The position numbers were made by a program, and so were the translations under genes. From Yuukianura sp. NJ FZ-2021 (taxonomy: Eukaryota), in NCBI GenBank assembly GCA_046563655.1, contig CM102287.1:3038001-3102000 (forward strand): DNA of 64,000 nucleotides, read 5' to 3'. The notes beneath the pieces are model-generated. The model had not been told where the DNA came from and ran no database searches. It worked only from the letters and a program-made list of their open reading frames with translations. Numbering within the stretch: the first letter of the stretch is position 1; each line of letters starts with the position of its first letter. This document shows, one piece after another, positions 1 to 14,239 of this stretch.

Positions 1-2400
1 TGGATGTTAGTTGTAATGGAAACGACATTAGGTTTTGAGGCGGGAGGAGTCGTTAGTCGTAACTTTTTGAAAAGTATAAAAAAGTAAGGTGGAGAAAGTG
101 GCTAAATTGTTCTTTGATGTTGAGAAAGTAGTAAATAATGATGGAGACAAAGTGAATGTAAGAAGGTGGATGACAGGGAGGAAATGTATGGCTTTCCGGT
201 GACACGACCAACTTAACTTTCTCCTAATCTCTCTTCTCTTGTTTGCTAATCCCCAACAGGAATTTCAAATTTACAGAACGTACATTTTGAATTTTGAGTT
301 TTCCTAGTCTTCTTCCGTGCTTTAATGAATTTCTAACTGTTTTTTGTTTCTTCCTGATTCGCATTTCTGGAAGGTAATTTTTAAAAAGCGGGATTCAATT
401 TGTCATTTTGAAAAAAAGTAAAATTTTCGTGACAGCATCTGCTAAACTTTGAAATTTGACAGGAATTTGTAGCTTTTTTTTAGTAGAAAATCAAAATGGG
501 CAGGAATTAGAGTTAAAGTTTTCAGGTGCATTTTGAAAAGCAGTTTTTAACTAACTTTTGCTTCCGGTTAATGATTGCTTGTGTGAATTGGGTCGCAGGT
601 CAAACACCCAAGGGCTTTTTTGGACACTTTTGAAAAAAAAAAAGTTTCGAAATTTTTTGTTTGAGTAGGAATGATTGAAATTGAAATATTATTCCGCCTC
701 CATTGAGGAACCCAAAATGGGATTGTCAGAAGAGGGCAATTCCGTTTCATGTTTGACAGTATTTTGTGTATTTTTGTGAAGAATCGGAAGTGAGACACAA
801 AATCCGGTGGATGGGCAGGGCGGAAGAGTCAAATAGGCTCAGCCTTACACGAATCATTCATGAATATTTCATTTTTGGAAAATGAAGCCAACGAATACCT
901 TAGAACAGGAACTTTTTCCAAAAAAGAGTTACAAAGTTCCGGATCCTAAATGGCAAAATTATGCTTTCACTACATTTTGGTCTCGTATGATTGAGTTATA
1001 TTACAAACTTCATTTTAATCTAATTTACATCCCGCACTTTCTCTTTTCCCGCTCCACATAAACTAAACGTAAACTTCAAAATCCGAAATTCCGAAAAACA
1101 TAAGCCTTACTTCAAACTCCGAAAATCTGAAGCTGAATAAGTTCAAAATTTGATTAGGCAAAGTCCAACATCCCACACTTTGCAAAAATCAAAATTTTTG
1201 CTTAAACTTAAGTTTCGAGATTTAAAAGTTAGTCTGCTTTCACTTTTTCTTGTTTTTGTACAATTTGATGTACAAAAACTTGTGTTTTGTTTGAAAAATG
1301 TTTGGGGGGACGTAAGTTATTAAGTTTTGAGAAAGTTGTTGAGTAATTGTTGTGACTGAATTAAGTGTAAGCTGAGAAGATGTGTTATGAGGGAACAGAA
1401 TATGGTGAGTAAAGGAAGAGAAAGTTAGGTTTTATCCTAGTTGCGGAAGTTAGGATGTTCCATAGAGTTGGTAGCCATGTTAGGCTATGCTAGAGAACTT
1501 TAGTTTTTAGGAGATGGAGAATGTTTCCTGGTAGCATATGTTTGGAATGGCCAAAACCAAGAGTCCAATTGCCGAGGTTTGGAAGGACTTTCTCCCTCTC
1601 TTGAAACTCAACTAACTACCACTACTCTCTCCTGTGTCTTCTTCATTTCATCTTCTCCAAAAACTTTTCCTCTACAGTCTTCTGTGCAAGGATGAAATTT
1701 TTGGGTTTTTTCGGGAGGATATGATGACAATATGGGGAATAAAGGGAGGTCGGTGGGACGTGGGTTAAAATATGGAAGGGGTCACATTTCTTTTTCCTAA
1801 GGAAGAATTCGGGTGGCGCAGGAAAAAAAGAAGGGGTTAGGATATGTTCTAAGACCCACCGGATGTCACAGTGGTTCTGGAGGGCTAGCTACGATGTCAG
1901 CAGTCTTCTGCTTTTTAGATTTTGAAAGTTTTTGAAAAAGTGCTAGAGGGTGATTTCAAATTTTGTTTAAAAAGGAGAGATTTGTTTGGGAAAAAATGGA
2001 GGTCAAGAGGGGCTGAGGAAGGAAAAAGTTTTAGAGATTGTTTATAGTGTAGAATTGTAAACAAAACAATGTTCTGTGCGTACAACCCTGGAGGATTCTA
2101 CTCTGGCCTGTTTGGAAAGTATCCGCTAGTTGTAAGCCACTTTTTGAAAATTTTGAAAATGTTTTGGAAATTTTGAAACTTGGGAGAGGGAGAAAGGTGT
2201 AGTTACGGCGTTGAAATTAAGGAGATTTTGGAATTTAATATGAGCTGTTTGTAAGCAGTTCACGTTCAGCTTTCGCTTGAAAATGCAAAGCAAATAGTTG
2301 GCGTTAGGCATTTTGTTTTTGGAATTTTGAAAAACAGAGGTAGAAGGATTTTTTCTGGTGAATTTGTGAAATCTAATTTTCGGTTTTTGATTTTTTGCAG

Positions 2401-5387
2401 TTTGGTGCTGAAGATTTCCCTCAAGATTCGGCAAGGTATGCGTCGCCCAAGGGAACGGGACTGTACGGACCGGATTCTTCGTATTTCATGGGTGAGTTGC
2501 CCTATAAAAAAAGTTGACCTCGTGAAAGTGAAATTTGACCTCTGACCTTTGTGTTTTGTAGATGGAGGTTCGGACTGGAGCAGTGGACCACAGTTGGGTC
2601 CGAGCTACGGGTCCTACAATCCTGGAGGCATGATGCCTCCTCACTTGTCCCAATCATATGTCCAGTCCAATGCCAACTGTGGGCCTGGCATGGTCCACTT
2701 GCCACCGCCCCCGCACGAGGTCATGACGTCCCATGGTCCACATGGCGGCTACAATAGTCACAGCGGCCTCCCACAGAACAACCTTGACTCTCCACTCGTT
2801 GCCTCTTCTCTCCCTCCAATGTCAACGTTCAGAGCTCCCCCACAAGCGCCTAACACAACCAGCCCCATCTACAATAATCATCACTCTCCAGGACTCGGCC
2901 AATCACAGCCGCCCGGAGACACCGTTGCAAAGGCCTTGGCTTCGGTAAGAACAGAATCAGTTTCAGCAATAACCGGAAAACCGAATTTCTTACCTGAAAA
3001 CTTGAATTCTGTACCGGAAAACTTGAATTCTGTGCCGGAAAACTGAATTTTCTACTGGAGAAACCCGTTGTGAAAAGTACTAATTTTTGGTTGTGTTTTT
3101 GCAGATTTACCCAACCGATCACAGTGCCACTAGTTCGAGTCCATGTACGCCAGTAAATTCGCCCCCGCCCCTCACTTCCGGAGGGGGGTGGGGAGGGGGT
3201 GCTGGAGGCATGGCCCCCTTCTCCTCAGCCAATCACACACCACACTCTCCAGGGTTTGGAGATCGAGCCTTACACATGGTAAGGAGTTCAGTTTTTTGAA
3301 AAAATTAGTTGTGTTTTGAGATTTTTGCTAACTTTGGCTGATGGGCTGCAAATGAAAAGCTTTTTGATTAGTTTTGTGTGTTTTCTTTTTGTGTTGTATA
3401 ATTTTTTATGCTTTTTTTGAAATTGAATAGTCTGGAGATGAACAAAATATAGACGAAGCAATTGGGCTTCTGCGAGACCATGCTGAGGTAAACGCTTCTG
3501 TTTTTTAAAGTTTTTAGTTTTTGTGTTTTTTGAAAAGCTTGTGCTAACTTTGTGTTTTTGTTTTGTTTTGTGCTGCTCATTTCCGATTTGACACACAATC
3601 TGTAGACTCTTGGTCGTCTCGTTATGAATGCACAGGGTTCTCGACTGGAAGAACGCCTCGAGGATGCGATGCACGTTCTACGAAGTCACGCCGAGAGTCC
3701 ACGACCTGGGTTCCACGGAATGGCCAACGTACCACCACATCTCGTGAATCAGGCACTGCCACATTCCAATGGTCTCCTCGGCTACCCTCCACCACTCGAG
3801 TCTCATCTTGTACGTAAACATACTCTTTAACATAGATTAATTTAAACAAAAACTAACGTTAAGCTAAACATTAGCCAAATTTAGTCGCCAAAGCATCTGA
3901 GACCAAATCTTGAAACTTCCGGAACTGGAGTTGTCCAGAACTCGAATCATTACATGACCGATTTCTGGAGAGTTGGAGGAAGGAAGAAGAAAAATGAGTT
4001 TGAGTTGTGGAGGATTCGAACTGGCGTCCACGATGCTTGAGATCTATTTACTTTCTCTCCGGTTGTCATTGTCCTCCTCTCTTTCTCCATGAAGTCTCCA
4101 CTCTCTTTCTCCAAGTGCGGGAAAATGTGAGAGATTGAGACTAAAGACGTCATGTTTGGTCTCTCTCTGAAGTTGGATTTTGACATTTGAGAGATGAGTG
4201 GAGAAGATTAATATTTGATGAGTGAAATGATTTTGATTTCATTGTGGAGGAGGGAGGAGGAGGATTTATGACAAAGTGAAAGTCGTGTTTGGGGAAAGCA
4301 TAAAGTTAAGGGAGGATGATGATGTGAAGTAATTAATGAATGATGAAGACTAGCTTCGTCCTAATGGAATTTCTATTTTGTCCTTTGTAGAGTCCGCATG
4401 GAAATGGAAACTCAGTTGGAGGAAACCCACAAGCATCATATGGTCCAATCCCATCACATTCAGCAAATAATCCAGAACTCTCCCTAGGAGAACCTCACAA
4501 ATCTGAGAGACCAACACCAAAATCAAGTATGGAATTTCAAAAAACTCAAATTAAAATTGGATTTTCTATTTCAAAATGAAATTTTGACAATTGGGTTTCG
4601 TTTTTCAGAAAAACGGAAGGAGACTTGTTCAGAGATTGATGTAAAAGTGGATCTTCTGGGTCTTGGGTCTAATAATAGCAGTGCAAGTACAACTTCCTCC
4701 ACTTCTTCCATTGGTCAAAAAGGAACCAAGCGATCGAGGAGGTAAATATACGTTCTTCAAAATAGTATTTCGAAAGTGTTTTTCAAAATTTTGATAAATT
4801 GGTAACTTGATTTTGGTTTTTGTTTTACAGGAATAGTGCTGGGGATGAAGTAGACGAACATGGCAATAAAATTCAACGAGAACGAGAGCGACGGCAGGCA
4901 AATAACGCTAGAGAAAGGTGTGACCTTTGACCTCGTTGGAATTCACTAACTTTCAACATAGCTTTACATAACTTTTGATTAACTTAATGTTTTATGTTGT
5001 GCAGAATTCGTATTCGAGATATAAACGAAGCTCTGAAGGAGCTTGGACGCATGTGCATGCAACACCTCAAGTCTGATAAACCACAAACGAAACTTGGCAT
5101 CTTAAATATGGCAGTTGAAGTAATTATGCAACTTGAGCAGCAAGTCAGAGGTGAGTTGACATTTTGAAAAAAGTGAACCAGTTAAAAACTCTTTTCTAAA
5201 AATGTTTGTTTTGAATTTTGTAGAACGAAACCTAAATCCAAAGCAAGCTTGTCTGAAAAGACGAGAGGAGGAGAAGGCAGAAGATGGTCCAAAAATGCCT
5301 GGTCACCCTCTCGTCGGTCCTCCGCCGCATCTAACACAATCCTTCCCTTCCATGGCAGTTCCTGTGAGTCACTCTGAGTTTCAGTGA
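2401..5387 (+). CDS. da: E-protein (class I bHLH) transcription factor, daughterless/TCF3-4-12 family; 5' exons not confidently located
   Basis: GT-AG exons at about 2401-2491, 2562-2944, 3105-3278, 3431-3487, 3636-3809, 4391-4526, 4609-4741, 4831-4917, 5005-5150 and 5224-5387 splice in frame. They encode the diagnostic b[82 protein letters not shown], plus LPPMSTF and [12 protein letters not shown] motifs. Confidence 0.95.
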
Positions 5388-7649
5388 AGCAACATGGCAG
5401 CAAAGTATCCAACTTTATCCAAAATCTCTCTCATGTTATCCAAAATTTGCTCCTTTTATCGAAAAACTTCTTCCATGACATCACTCGAGCACAGGATCAG
5501 AAAAGGAATCGAAAAACTCTCTACAAAATCCAGAAATATCCAAAAATGCAACTTTCTCTTTCAGAAATAAGAAAGTTTAGTTTATGCAGTAAAATTTAAG
5601 AGTTCATAAAAATGTAAAGAAAAAGTTAATTTTAAATACCGAGAGACTTAGGAAAAGAAGAAATAAATTTTAGGTTAACTTAGACTTTAGATTTTTGGAA
5701 AAATACTATGATTAATCTGCTAATTACTGTGTTTGGAAATTGTAAAGCTAAGGATTTTAATGATGATACTCTTGAAATTTAGAAAGTAAGGAAATGACGA
5801 CGAAATTCTTAAAAACTTTTAGAATTGTTTAAAAATCTTTCCAAGAGAAAATTATTATGTGTAAGTTAGAACTTCAGCCAGTTTTTTAGATTTTAGAAAA
5901 AGTGATTTTTAGACAAAGATTATAGGTTTTTAGAATTTGAAAAAGGGAGAAAGAGAATGAGGTCAAAATTGGAGCCCAAGGCAGCACTTAATACTGGCAG
6001 CCATTTTTCGTTTTTCGAAAATTTATGTCAAATTTTAAAAAATAGCGCCCATGAATTTAATTTCTGTTTGCTAAAACTTCCATGTCCAAAAAGATTCACA
6101 AAGATTCTTTGCTCTCTTCAGGATTTTCAACTAACTTTTAAAGAAGGAAGTGTGATAATTTTTGAAAAGTTTGTTTTAAAAATGGTAAAATTTTAAAAAA
6201 CAGATCCAAGATTCTCCGAGAATTTATTTTCTGTTTAAAAAGTTAGTTCTCGTGGTTAAATCTGTGGTCGAAACTCATTCCAGGTTTTAACGTAACAAAA
6301 AACGTCAAGATTTAACGCATTTTTGAAAAGCATTTAACGTTTTTGTTCTAATTTTAATTTTTGACACCCAAAACCGGAAGATGGGAATTTTCCATCTCGA
6401 TACCGAAATTTTTAAAACACATTGGACTGTATTCTGTTTCTTTTGTGCCATAGTTTAACTGTAAGTTTGGTTTTTCAAAAAGTTTAAAACTGAAATTGCA
6501 AAAAATGGAAAAAGAATTTCAAAATTTTGAAGTCTCTCTGAAAAGGGGAACGCAGGGCTTTAAAGTGTTTTTTTTTCGAAACTGATTAATTTTAAGCCCA
6601 AAAAATCAATCATTGAGCAACTTTTACAATTAATTTGCTGCTGCTGTTGTTCGCTGCTAATTAACAGCTGATTAATTAACTCAAAACTTGATTTGTAGTT
6701 GGTTAGTTTTTTTTTTAATTTTTAGTTTTGTGTTAGATTTTGTTGTTGTTTTTTTAATGTTTTAGTTTTATGGTTTTGTAGAAAGTGGAATTTGGATCAA
6801 AAAAGTTTCTTTTAGTTGATTTCAATTTTATGTTTATAAAACTACTGTTCTGTATTTTGGAAAAACTTTTCAAAATTGGAGTTTTGTTTTGGAAAATTGA
6901 AAAAGTGTCAAAGTGGAAAACTCGTTATGCTTCTGACTTACAATGTTAATTTATTTAGATGCTGGATACTCAGGACTTTTTGGATGTCAAGTTTAACCCA
7001 ATCATTTTTCTAAGCATTTAATTACAATTATTAGTTTTAGTTTTACTAATTAGAGTTTTAATCACTTAAGATATTCAGAACCATCAGCAACTCCTGTATT
7101 ATAATTTTTCCAAAACGTAGCGAAAGTATTTCTGCTTTGATGAATTTTGAGTTTAAGGCTTGTTTCTACTAAAAAAGGCAACGAGAGGCTCAGCTTATTA
7201 AACCAACCAACTTTTCCGTGTTAATTACTTGAGTTTTTAATGAACTTTTAGTTAAGTTACAGGAATCAGTATGATAAATGCTAAGAAGAGAAAGACGGAG
7301 AATTATATACCCCTACCTTGTATCATGGAAAACTTTATTGATCACTTGGAATATCAATAAAATCTTCATTTACAACATACTCCAACATTTAAATCTTTTA
7401 TGTGCTCTGCGTGGTCGAAATTTAATTACTGGTCACTTACAAGCGTGTGTTTAAAAAAACGGCAAACTTTTGTGCAAATTCCAACACATTGTAAGATTAG
7501 CGGCAGATCAGACTAAATCACTATTTGCACTAAATTCCTCACTGCGTTCCTTCTCCATTGCATATTCAAAAGAAGCAGAGGAAGGATAGGCAACGTTGGT
7601 TTTTTCAAAATTTCAGTTTTTTGCAAAATTTTGCTGCCACATTATGCAT

Positions 7650-8300
7650 AAAGATGTTTGCGAACGAGATCCGGGCGATGAAGATGCAGAAATGAATGGA
7701 AAGCTGAAAGTTTTTAAGCAGAGTTTTCCATTGGAGGCGAGTGAGAGAGCAGAAGTTTGATCCGGGTATTATACGAAGCAAAGAGGCAGATAGCTTTTTG
7801 TACCCTCTGTGCATTTTGTATGGCATGGCAAGTGGCGGGGAAAAAAAATTTTTTTTTGAGGAAGGAGAGGAAGCTTTTCGTTTCGCCTAATATCCGGATA
7901 ACTCCGGTCAGTTTTACAGCCGAACTTTTGGCATCTACAGAGACAACTTTTTTCAAAACTCAAAAAAATTTCGAAATTCGTATTTCAGGAACGGAATGCT
8001 TTAGAAAGCTGATCTCTTCACAGATGAACTTAGAATTCTTCAAATTCTTAGAAATTCAAACACAAATTAAAAAAATTGTCAAAAAAATTGAAAAAAAAAA
8101 ACAAACTTGGAATGTTTTTAAAATTCGTTTACGAACGGAATGCTCTAGAAAGTTGATCTCTTCTCAGATGAATTCAGAATTTTTGAAATTCTTAAAAATT
8201 CAAACGCAAATTAAAAAAATTAATTAAAAATTAGATTAGATTTATTAGAAAATTAGATTTAAAAAAAACTTGGAATGTTTTGAAAATTCGTTTCTTGAAA
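7650..8300. repeat. Dispersed repeat, copy 1, with an internal ~140-bp tandem duplication
   Basis: agatgtttgcgaacgagatccgggcgatg...gctgatctcttc...ggaatgtttt recurs in diverged form at about 9147-9618. The segment at about 7975-8125 is repeated at about 8125-8295. Confidence 0.8.
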
Positions 8301-8788
8301 ATTTTGAAGGTGTGCAAAATTTTGATGCCAATTTATGCTTAAGGGGAGACATCAGGTCAATAAAAATAACGCTAAATAACGTTTTGTAGACATGGCAACG
8401 ACTGAGAATTGAGAAATAACGCATTACGCAATCATTCAAAACCCAGAAGGGTGTATTCTTTATGGTTGAAATGTTGCAGTACTTATGCTACTTATGATAC
8501 TTGGCTGGTTGACTTCTGGAGTTGAATAGTAGGATGACGAGGACACTGACTAACAAATGACAACTAACTGATTTTACAGTGGACGAACAAAGAAATGGAC
8601 TGAAAGTTTTGAATTTTCAAAGTTTTTGAAAGTCAAATTTTGAGATCATTCGCGCGGGTCCTTCTAAAAGACTCTGTTAGGCGAAATGGGTGAGACTCAA
8701 TCTCACCTCGCCCCAACTCTTATTAGTGACGTAATCCGTAAATAGTAAATTGTAAACAACAAATTCGTGAACTCTGACCCAATCTTAA

Positions 8789-9095
8789 GGTGCATTTATT
8801 TCCTGATTGGTTAGGCGCTCAGAAAACTACGACCACACTTTTCGCATTAGCATACGCTGCTCCACATCCCGAGAATCAGCTTTTTGACGAATCTTCAACC
8901 GTTTTGCCATGCGTAGGAAAAGAAAGCAAAAATCCGTGGATTTCTGGAACGTCATCCAGAAAACCTATGTTTTGTGGACGAAGGGTCCTGTTTTCGTCCG
9001 GAAGCCGATTCTCGGGATGTGGAGCAGCGTATGCTAATGCGAAAAGTGTGGTCGTAGTTTTTTGAGTGCCTAACCAATCAGGAAATAAATGCACC
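8789..9095. mobile_element. MITE-like element with ~103-bp terminal inverted repeats
   Basis: 8789-8891 (ggtgcatttatttcctgattggttagg...) is the near-perfect reverse complement of 8993-9095 (...cctaaccaatcaggaaataaatgcacc). The spacer is about 100 bp and there is no coding capacity. The TSD is not clean (taa / aaa). Confidence 0.8.
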
Positions 9096-9146
9096 AAAAG
9101 TCTTATGGGAAATTGCGTATAAGCGAATCTGTAAATCGCCTCATTA

Positions 9147-9618
9147 TAGATGTTTGCGAACGAGATCCGGGCGATGCAGATGCAAAAATGAGTGGAAAGC
9201 TGAAAGTTTTTAAGCAGAGTTTTCCATTGGAGACGAGTCAGAGAGCAGAAATTTAATCCGGGTATTGTACGAAGCAAAGAGGCAGGTACCTTTTTGTTCC
9301 CTCTGTGCTTTTTGTATGGGAAGGCAAGTGGCGGGGAAAAAAAGTTTTTTGAGGAAGGAGGGGAACCTTTTCGCTTCGCCGAATATCCGCATAGCTATTT
9401 ATACTTTCCCAGCAGAACCTTTGACTTCCAAAGAGCCAACTTTTTTCAAAATTCAAAAAACTTTGGAAATTCGTATCTCAGGAACGAAATGCTCTAGAAA
9501 GCTGATCTCTTCGCAGATGAACTCAGAATTCTTAAAATTTTTAAAAATTCAAACAAAACTAAAAAAAATTCAAAAAAAAATTTAAAAAACGTGGAATGTT
9601 TTAAAAATTCGTTTCTTT
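9147..9618. repeat. Dispersed repeat, copy 2
   Basis: Diverged direct copy of about 7650-8125; the ORF track shows paralogous translations at 7757+ and 9265+. Confidence 0.8.
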
Positions 9619-10099
9619 TCAGTAAGCGTGGATGTGTGAAGTGTACTTAAGCATAACGATTCCCCTTTGTAACCCCACCCCGAACTAACACCGTTTCAAC
9701 CTTTGAACAGAACTGCCCAAGAATCCGTTAACCTTGTTAACTAATTACATATTAATTAAACTAGTAATTGTAATTAAAATTAACGCTAGACCGACACCCT
9801 AAGTAAACGTAACATATCAACTTCATTTCTAGCAAAATCGGCGCTACCTAATCTTAACTACACTTAACATGGATTAAGTCTAAATTTAACTTAACATAGT
9901 TAATCTTAAGTGTAGTTAAACTAATTAACTTAAGTGTAATTAACTAAAACTAAATAGTTGGGTATCAAGTCTTTGCCATTGGTCTCCAGAGGAAACAGGA
10001 GTTTGTGAGAATGTGATGATGGCCAATTTGGCGAATTGACCTTTGACCTCTCATAGTTGACCCGGAGCAGAAGCTATTAGCTTCACCACTTAATCCTTA

Positions 10100-13000
10100 T
10101 TACGGAACGCGTGTTTTGGCAATGGAGGTGGGTGTGGTGGACCAGTGTCTGTTGTGGTGGGGCTGGCTGGTGGGGCCGGAAGTGGGGCCATGGTGGACAT
10201 AAGGGCGGATAATATTTGAACTTTCTTCACTCAGGTCCTTTCCTCTCCGAAGTCGGAAACAGGCAATTATGGATACCATACTTAACGTGGCTAGGAGGAG
10301 GGATCCCAGCCCTGCAAAAAATTAGAAATTCAAAATTTCGAACTTATTTTTCAAATTTTTGATATAGTTTTACCAAAGAGTGCTGTGAAGAGGCTTGTTT
10401 TGAGACAGACGCTGTCAGGAGTGGCGGACTGTTGGGCCATTGCTGAATCTTCTTGATCTTGCAGAACTGTCAATGCTTGTGACAAATTGATACTCTCTGA
10501 CATGGTGGAATTTTTCTCCGCTTCGTCGCTAACTGATCTCTTCTGGATATTCTTCACGTTTCGCCAGTAGCACGGTTGACTCTGAAAAATGTCAAGGTCA
10601 AAGGTCAAGTTTTGTCAATTTAGTCCTAAAATACATTGATTAGATTGGATTCTTACTGGGCATTGGCCATGGCACATGCGTACATCGCACTCTATATACA
10701 GCGCAGGCGAACCAGTGAATCGAAACGTTTTGAGGTATGCAAATACTTGTGTTTCGTAAACATTCGTGTGAGACCAAGTTCCACGGAAGGGACTCATCAA
10801 CTTACTGTCAACTGGACACCTATAACATGTCAAGGTCAAATTGGAGGTCGCAAGGTCACGTTACAAGGTTAAAAGCTTTCATCTGATTGGTTGATCGCTT
10901 TACCCGTAGTGATCAATGAGCTGAATCCTCTTGGTGCCTCCGTTGTGTGCAAAGCAATCGTTCACCACAAGGTCAAATCCGTCAAACTGACTTCGCATGT
11001 AGATCATTAGGGTCAAGGGGTCACCAACTCGTACCTGTGAATAAGCAGAACAAAAATTTGAGCAAATTTTGCTGGAAGCTTTGTAGATTCTGCTTGTGCA
11101 ACGTACAGGTCCGCCGACTCTTGTTCCGGTTGCACCGAATCCATAACGAACTTCCATGTAACATTCGGGCGGACTGAGGGTGAAAAGTACTGGATTCCCG
11201 GTAGCAACTCTGCAAATTCAAATTTTAGACGTTAACTTTAAACTATGTTAAGTTCAATGCAATGTTAATGCTAAGTTAGTTTTAAATTTTGTGGTGGGAC
11301 TTACTCGACATCAAATGGTTTGAACGTAACTGTTTTCCAAAAGTCGTAACCATATTCGCAAGTGACCTTGAAATGCTCGTCCCACTCTTCCTCAATCATC
11401 GGATTGTATTGTACCGTAACAGTGTTCCACATGAAGTTTTTCTGTTCAAAATTTAAAATTTTCCAAATTTGCACCATTTTCATAAAACGTTGCGTTTAAA
11501 AAGTAAAGTTACCGAAGGTTCCTTCCTGCCTTCAACATGATTTGAAGCCCCAAGCGTTCCACAGCGATTCAAGCGAATCAGGTACTCGTAGTAGTCTCTT
11601 CCAGTTCCATTGACGTACACGCAGTCATTGTCATAAGCAAATCCTACGAATTTTGAAAATTTCAAAATTTAGAATTTCGAAAAAAAAAAAGAGAGAGAAA
11701 AAAAATTAAAAATCAAACTTCTTTTGCATAACTTCAACTCCGTCGTGGTGTGTTCCCAACTGAAGAAAGGCATTGTTCCCAGCAAAGTAAATATTTTTTT
11801 TTTGAAAACTGTAAAAGCGAACGGCGGAGCAGCAAAATTTTAACGCGTCGCCGGTCACTTTCGTGTCGAAAAAACAAAAATGAGAGGTGTGGCCTATTCT
11901 TACGCAGTAATTTGTCATTTAATTGAGCAACAGTTTCTGAATACCAAACTGCGTTAATTGCTTTCAAGGAACAACGTTAAACCATCAAACGGAGGCTTCA
12001 AAAAATGAAACTGTGGCACCGTACAAATCTTTTTGCCGCGCCCTGATTCTTATCACGTCGTTCCGCAGAAAATTACGGTCACTCACCTGATGAGTAAATT
12101 AGGCCCTGGAAGGATCCGTTGAACGACACGCGTAGTTTCATAAAGTCATCTTGACATTCCGCCTCAATATCTGCACAAAACAATTTTCAAAATTAAATTT
12201 CAAAGTACAAAATTTCGAAATTCGTTGTTTCTGCAAAAGTCAAGGTCACTTACGCTGAACTCGGGTCATGTTGAACGGATTTCTGTAGTTTCGATCCCAA
12301 GCTGTTTGAAGAGGATACGGATACCGAGAACTCGGTACCGGACCGCCTCCGGTACCACCGAGTCCGGTATTTGCCAGCATCACATCCGGAGAGCTCGGTG
12401 GCCTTGGCCAAGGTACTTCAGCTTCCAACGGGGGGCGTGGCCTAAGGTTGCTGGGCGGAGCATAGCCTGGTCCTCCAATGAAAACGACCTGAAATCAAAC
12501 GAAACACGTCAAATCAACTACATTTAACGCTGGATAAAATCGCAAAAACCGAAAACAAATGTCGTCACGAGTCGGAATCTTTTAATCGGGCGGATCTGTG
12601 CATTCCAAAAGTGAATCCGTGCGCAGGAATTCGTGAGAACTGTAGAAAGTGGACACCACCGCTTCCCTAACGGTGCCATTCTTAATTCCATTCTGATAAC
12701 TAGCCTTTTATGGGTGAAAAAACAATGAATTCGTTTAGGATGATCTACCCTATGATCATCTCTGGTCGCATCTTCATCTTAGTCTCGGAGGCTGCGCAAG
12801 AGATCTCTTCGTGTCCTTTCCCAAAACTTTTTCTATTGTTTCCTCCTGTCCCATTGTTTTTTTAAGGTAAGTACCGTAAAACTTCTCATAAAGTCCCAGG
12901 CGCCTAATGAGAATCTGATCTCCAATAGAACCCAAGAGAATCTCCTGAGATAAGTGGAGACGAATTGTTTTAGACCGGCCTTTGTTGAAAATTTTACGGT

Positions 13001-14239
13001 ACTGGGATTATAGTGTAGAAGATGCCTTTGAACCATGTAATCAAATTAGGAAGATCCTCTTGGAAGATTTCCTATTTCAGGAACAGTAAATTCTAGCGGG
13101 AAATGTCACACTTCCGACTCTCCCCACAAATTCAACGAGCCATTTTGTTCGGGCGGGGAATTTAAAAAAACGCGACAAATGCACAGCACGCTCGTCACGA
13201 AAGTGAGAACGGCTTGAGTCGTTTAAAATTTAGTCAGGCAGATCATGTCCGACCGTTTCAAATTGGAGCATTTGAGTCAATTTATAGCATTTTAGAATGC
13301 TGATTTCAATTTAACCACTTGACGTTCAACGGGAGTATTTGGAATGGATCGTGCCGTTTTCACATTTTGAAAATTTGGTTTTATTTTAAATTCACCGTTG
13401 TAAAGGTCGAAGAGTAAAAAAAATTATTTCAACCCTTTCGTCGCTTTGAAATTAAAAGTTACAAAAACAGAATTTGACAAAAAGTTATATGTTCGGCTAG
13501 ATTTCGAAATTTGTTCTGCTCCAATTTTAGAACAATTCAAAACTAAAAGCTTCGCATTTTGGTTGTTCTTTTTTGTTTGTTTTTTTGAAAAGGGCGGAAT
13601 TTTTTGAATTTTACCGGTTGATGATGACTTCCTTCCTCATGCAGAGCGTCACGGTCTCGACTGACATTGAGGCGATTATGACCTTGGAGGTCACTGTCGT
13701 CGTCGTCATCTTCATCAAATGTATGTGAAGCGGGAATTTGTGAATTTGAGCCTTCATCTGCAGTGCTGTCGAGTAAATCCACTTTGCTCTGCACAGGATT
13801 GTTTCCAGTAGGAAGAGGCGTTACCGATCCGATTTTGTGTCCGGATGATCCCGTTCCGGAAGAAATGCTGCTACTTGGGCTGGTTGAAGACAAAAATGAT
13901 TTGGAAGTAGCTGAAATCCGGGTCAACGGGGTCACGGTTGAGGCAGAGGTCAAGTACTGACTTTCTTCACTTGCCAATGTGCTCGATGGTAGCGGCGTTT
14001 CAGTGTGAGGCTCCAGCAGGCGCAACGACTTCGACTGAAATTAGATTCAAAATTTTGAAATTTCAAAAAAAATGTATCTTTTAATTTGTATGTTTTTTTT
14101 TACTTACGAGAGCCAAAGTGTGGCTGGGTAAACACAAAGCTACGAAAACTGCCAGCATCCAAAACAGTTTAGAATTTGTACTGGACAAAGTGCTTCTCCG
14201 CGAGACCTTTGACCTCTGGCTGTTCTCCGTTACTCCCAT
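10100..14239 (-). CDS. Zona pellucida (ZP)-domain, cuticlin-like single-pass membrane protein
   Basis: The first exon (ATG 14239) ends in a signal-like stretch, LFWMLAVFVALCLPSHTLAL, followed by a Ser/Thr-rich exon. ZP-domain exons follow (IEAECQDDFMKLRVSFNGSFQGLIYS, CVYVNG, RLNRCGT, VTCEYGY, PPECYMEV, VVNDCFAH, TFRFTGSPALYIECDVRMC). Then a basic cleavage site IQKRS, a TM helix (LFTALFGLGSLLLATLSMVSIIACF) and a stop at 10100-10102. Confidence 0.9.

Noticed and set aside
7714..9585. Paralogous ORFs in the duplicated repeat and the MITE
   Set aside because: Frames are not preserved between copies and there is no recognisable domain.
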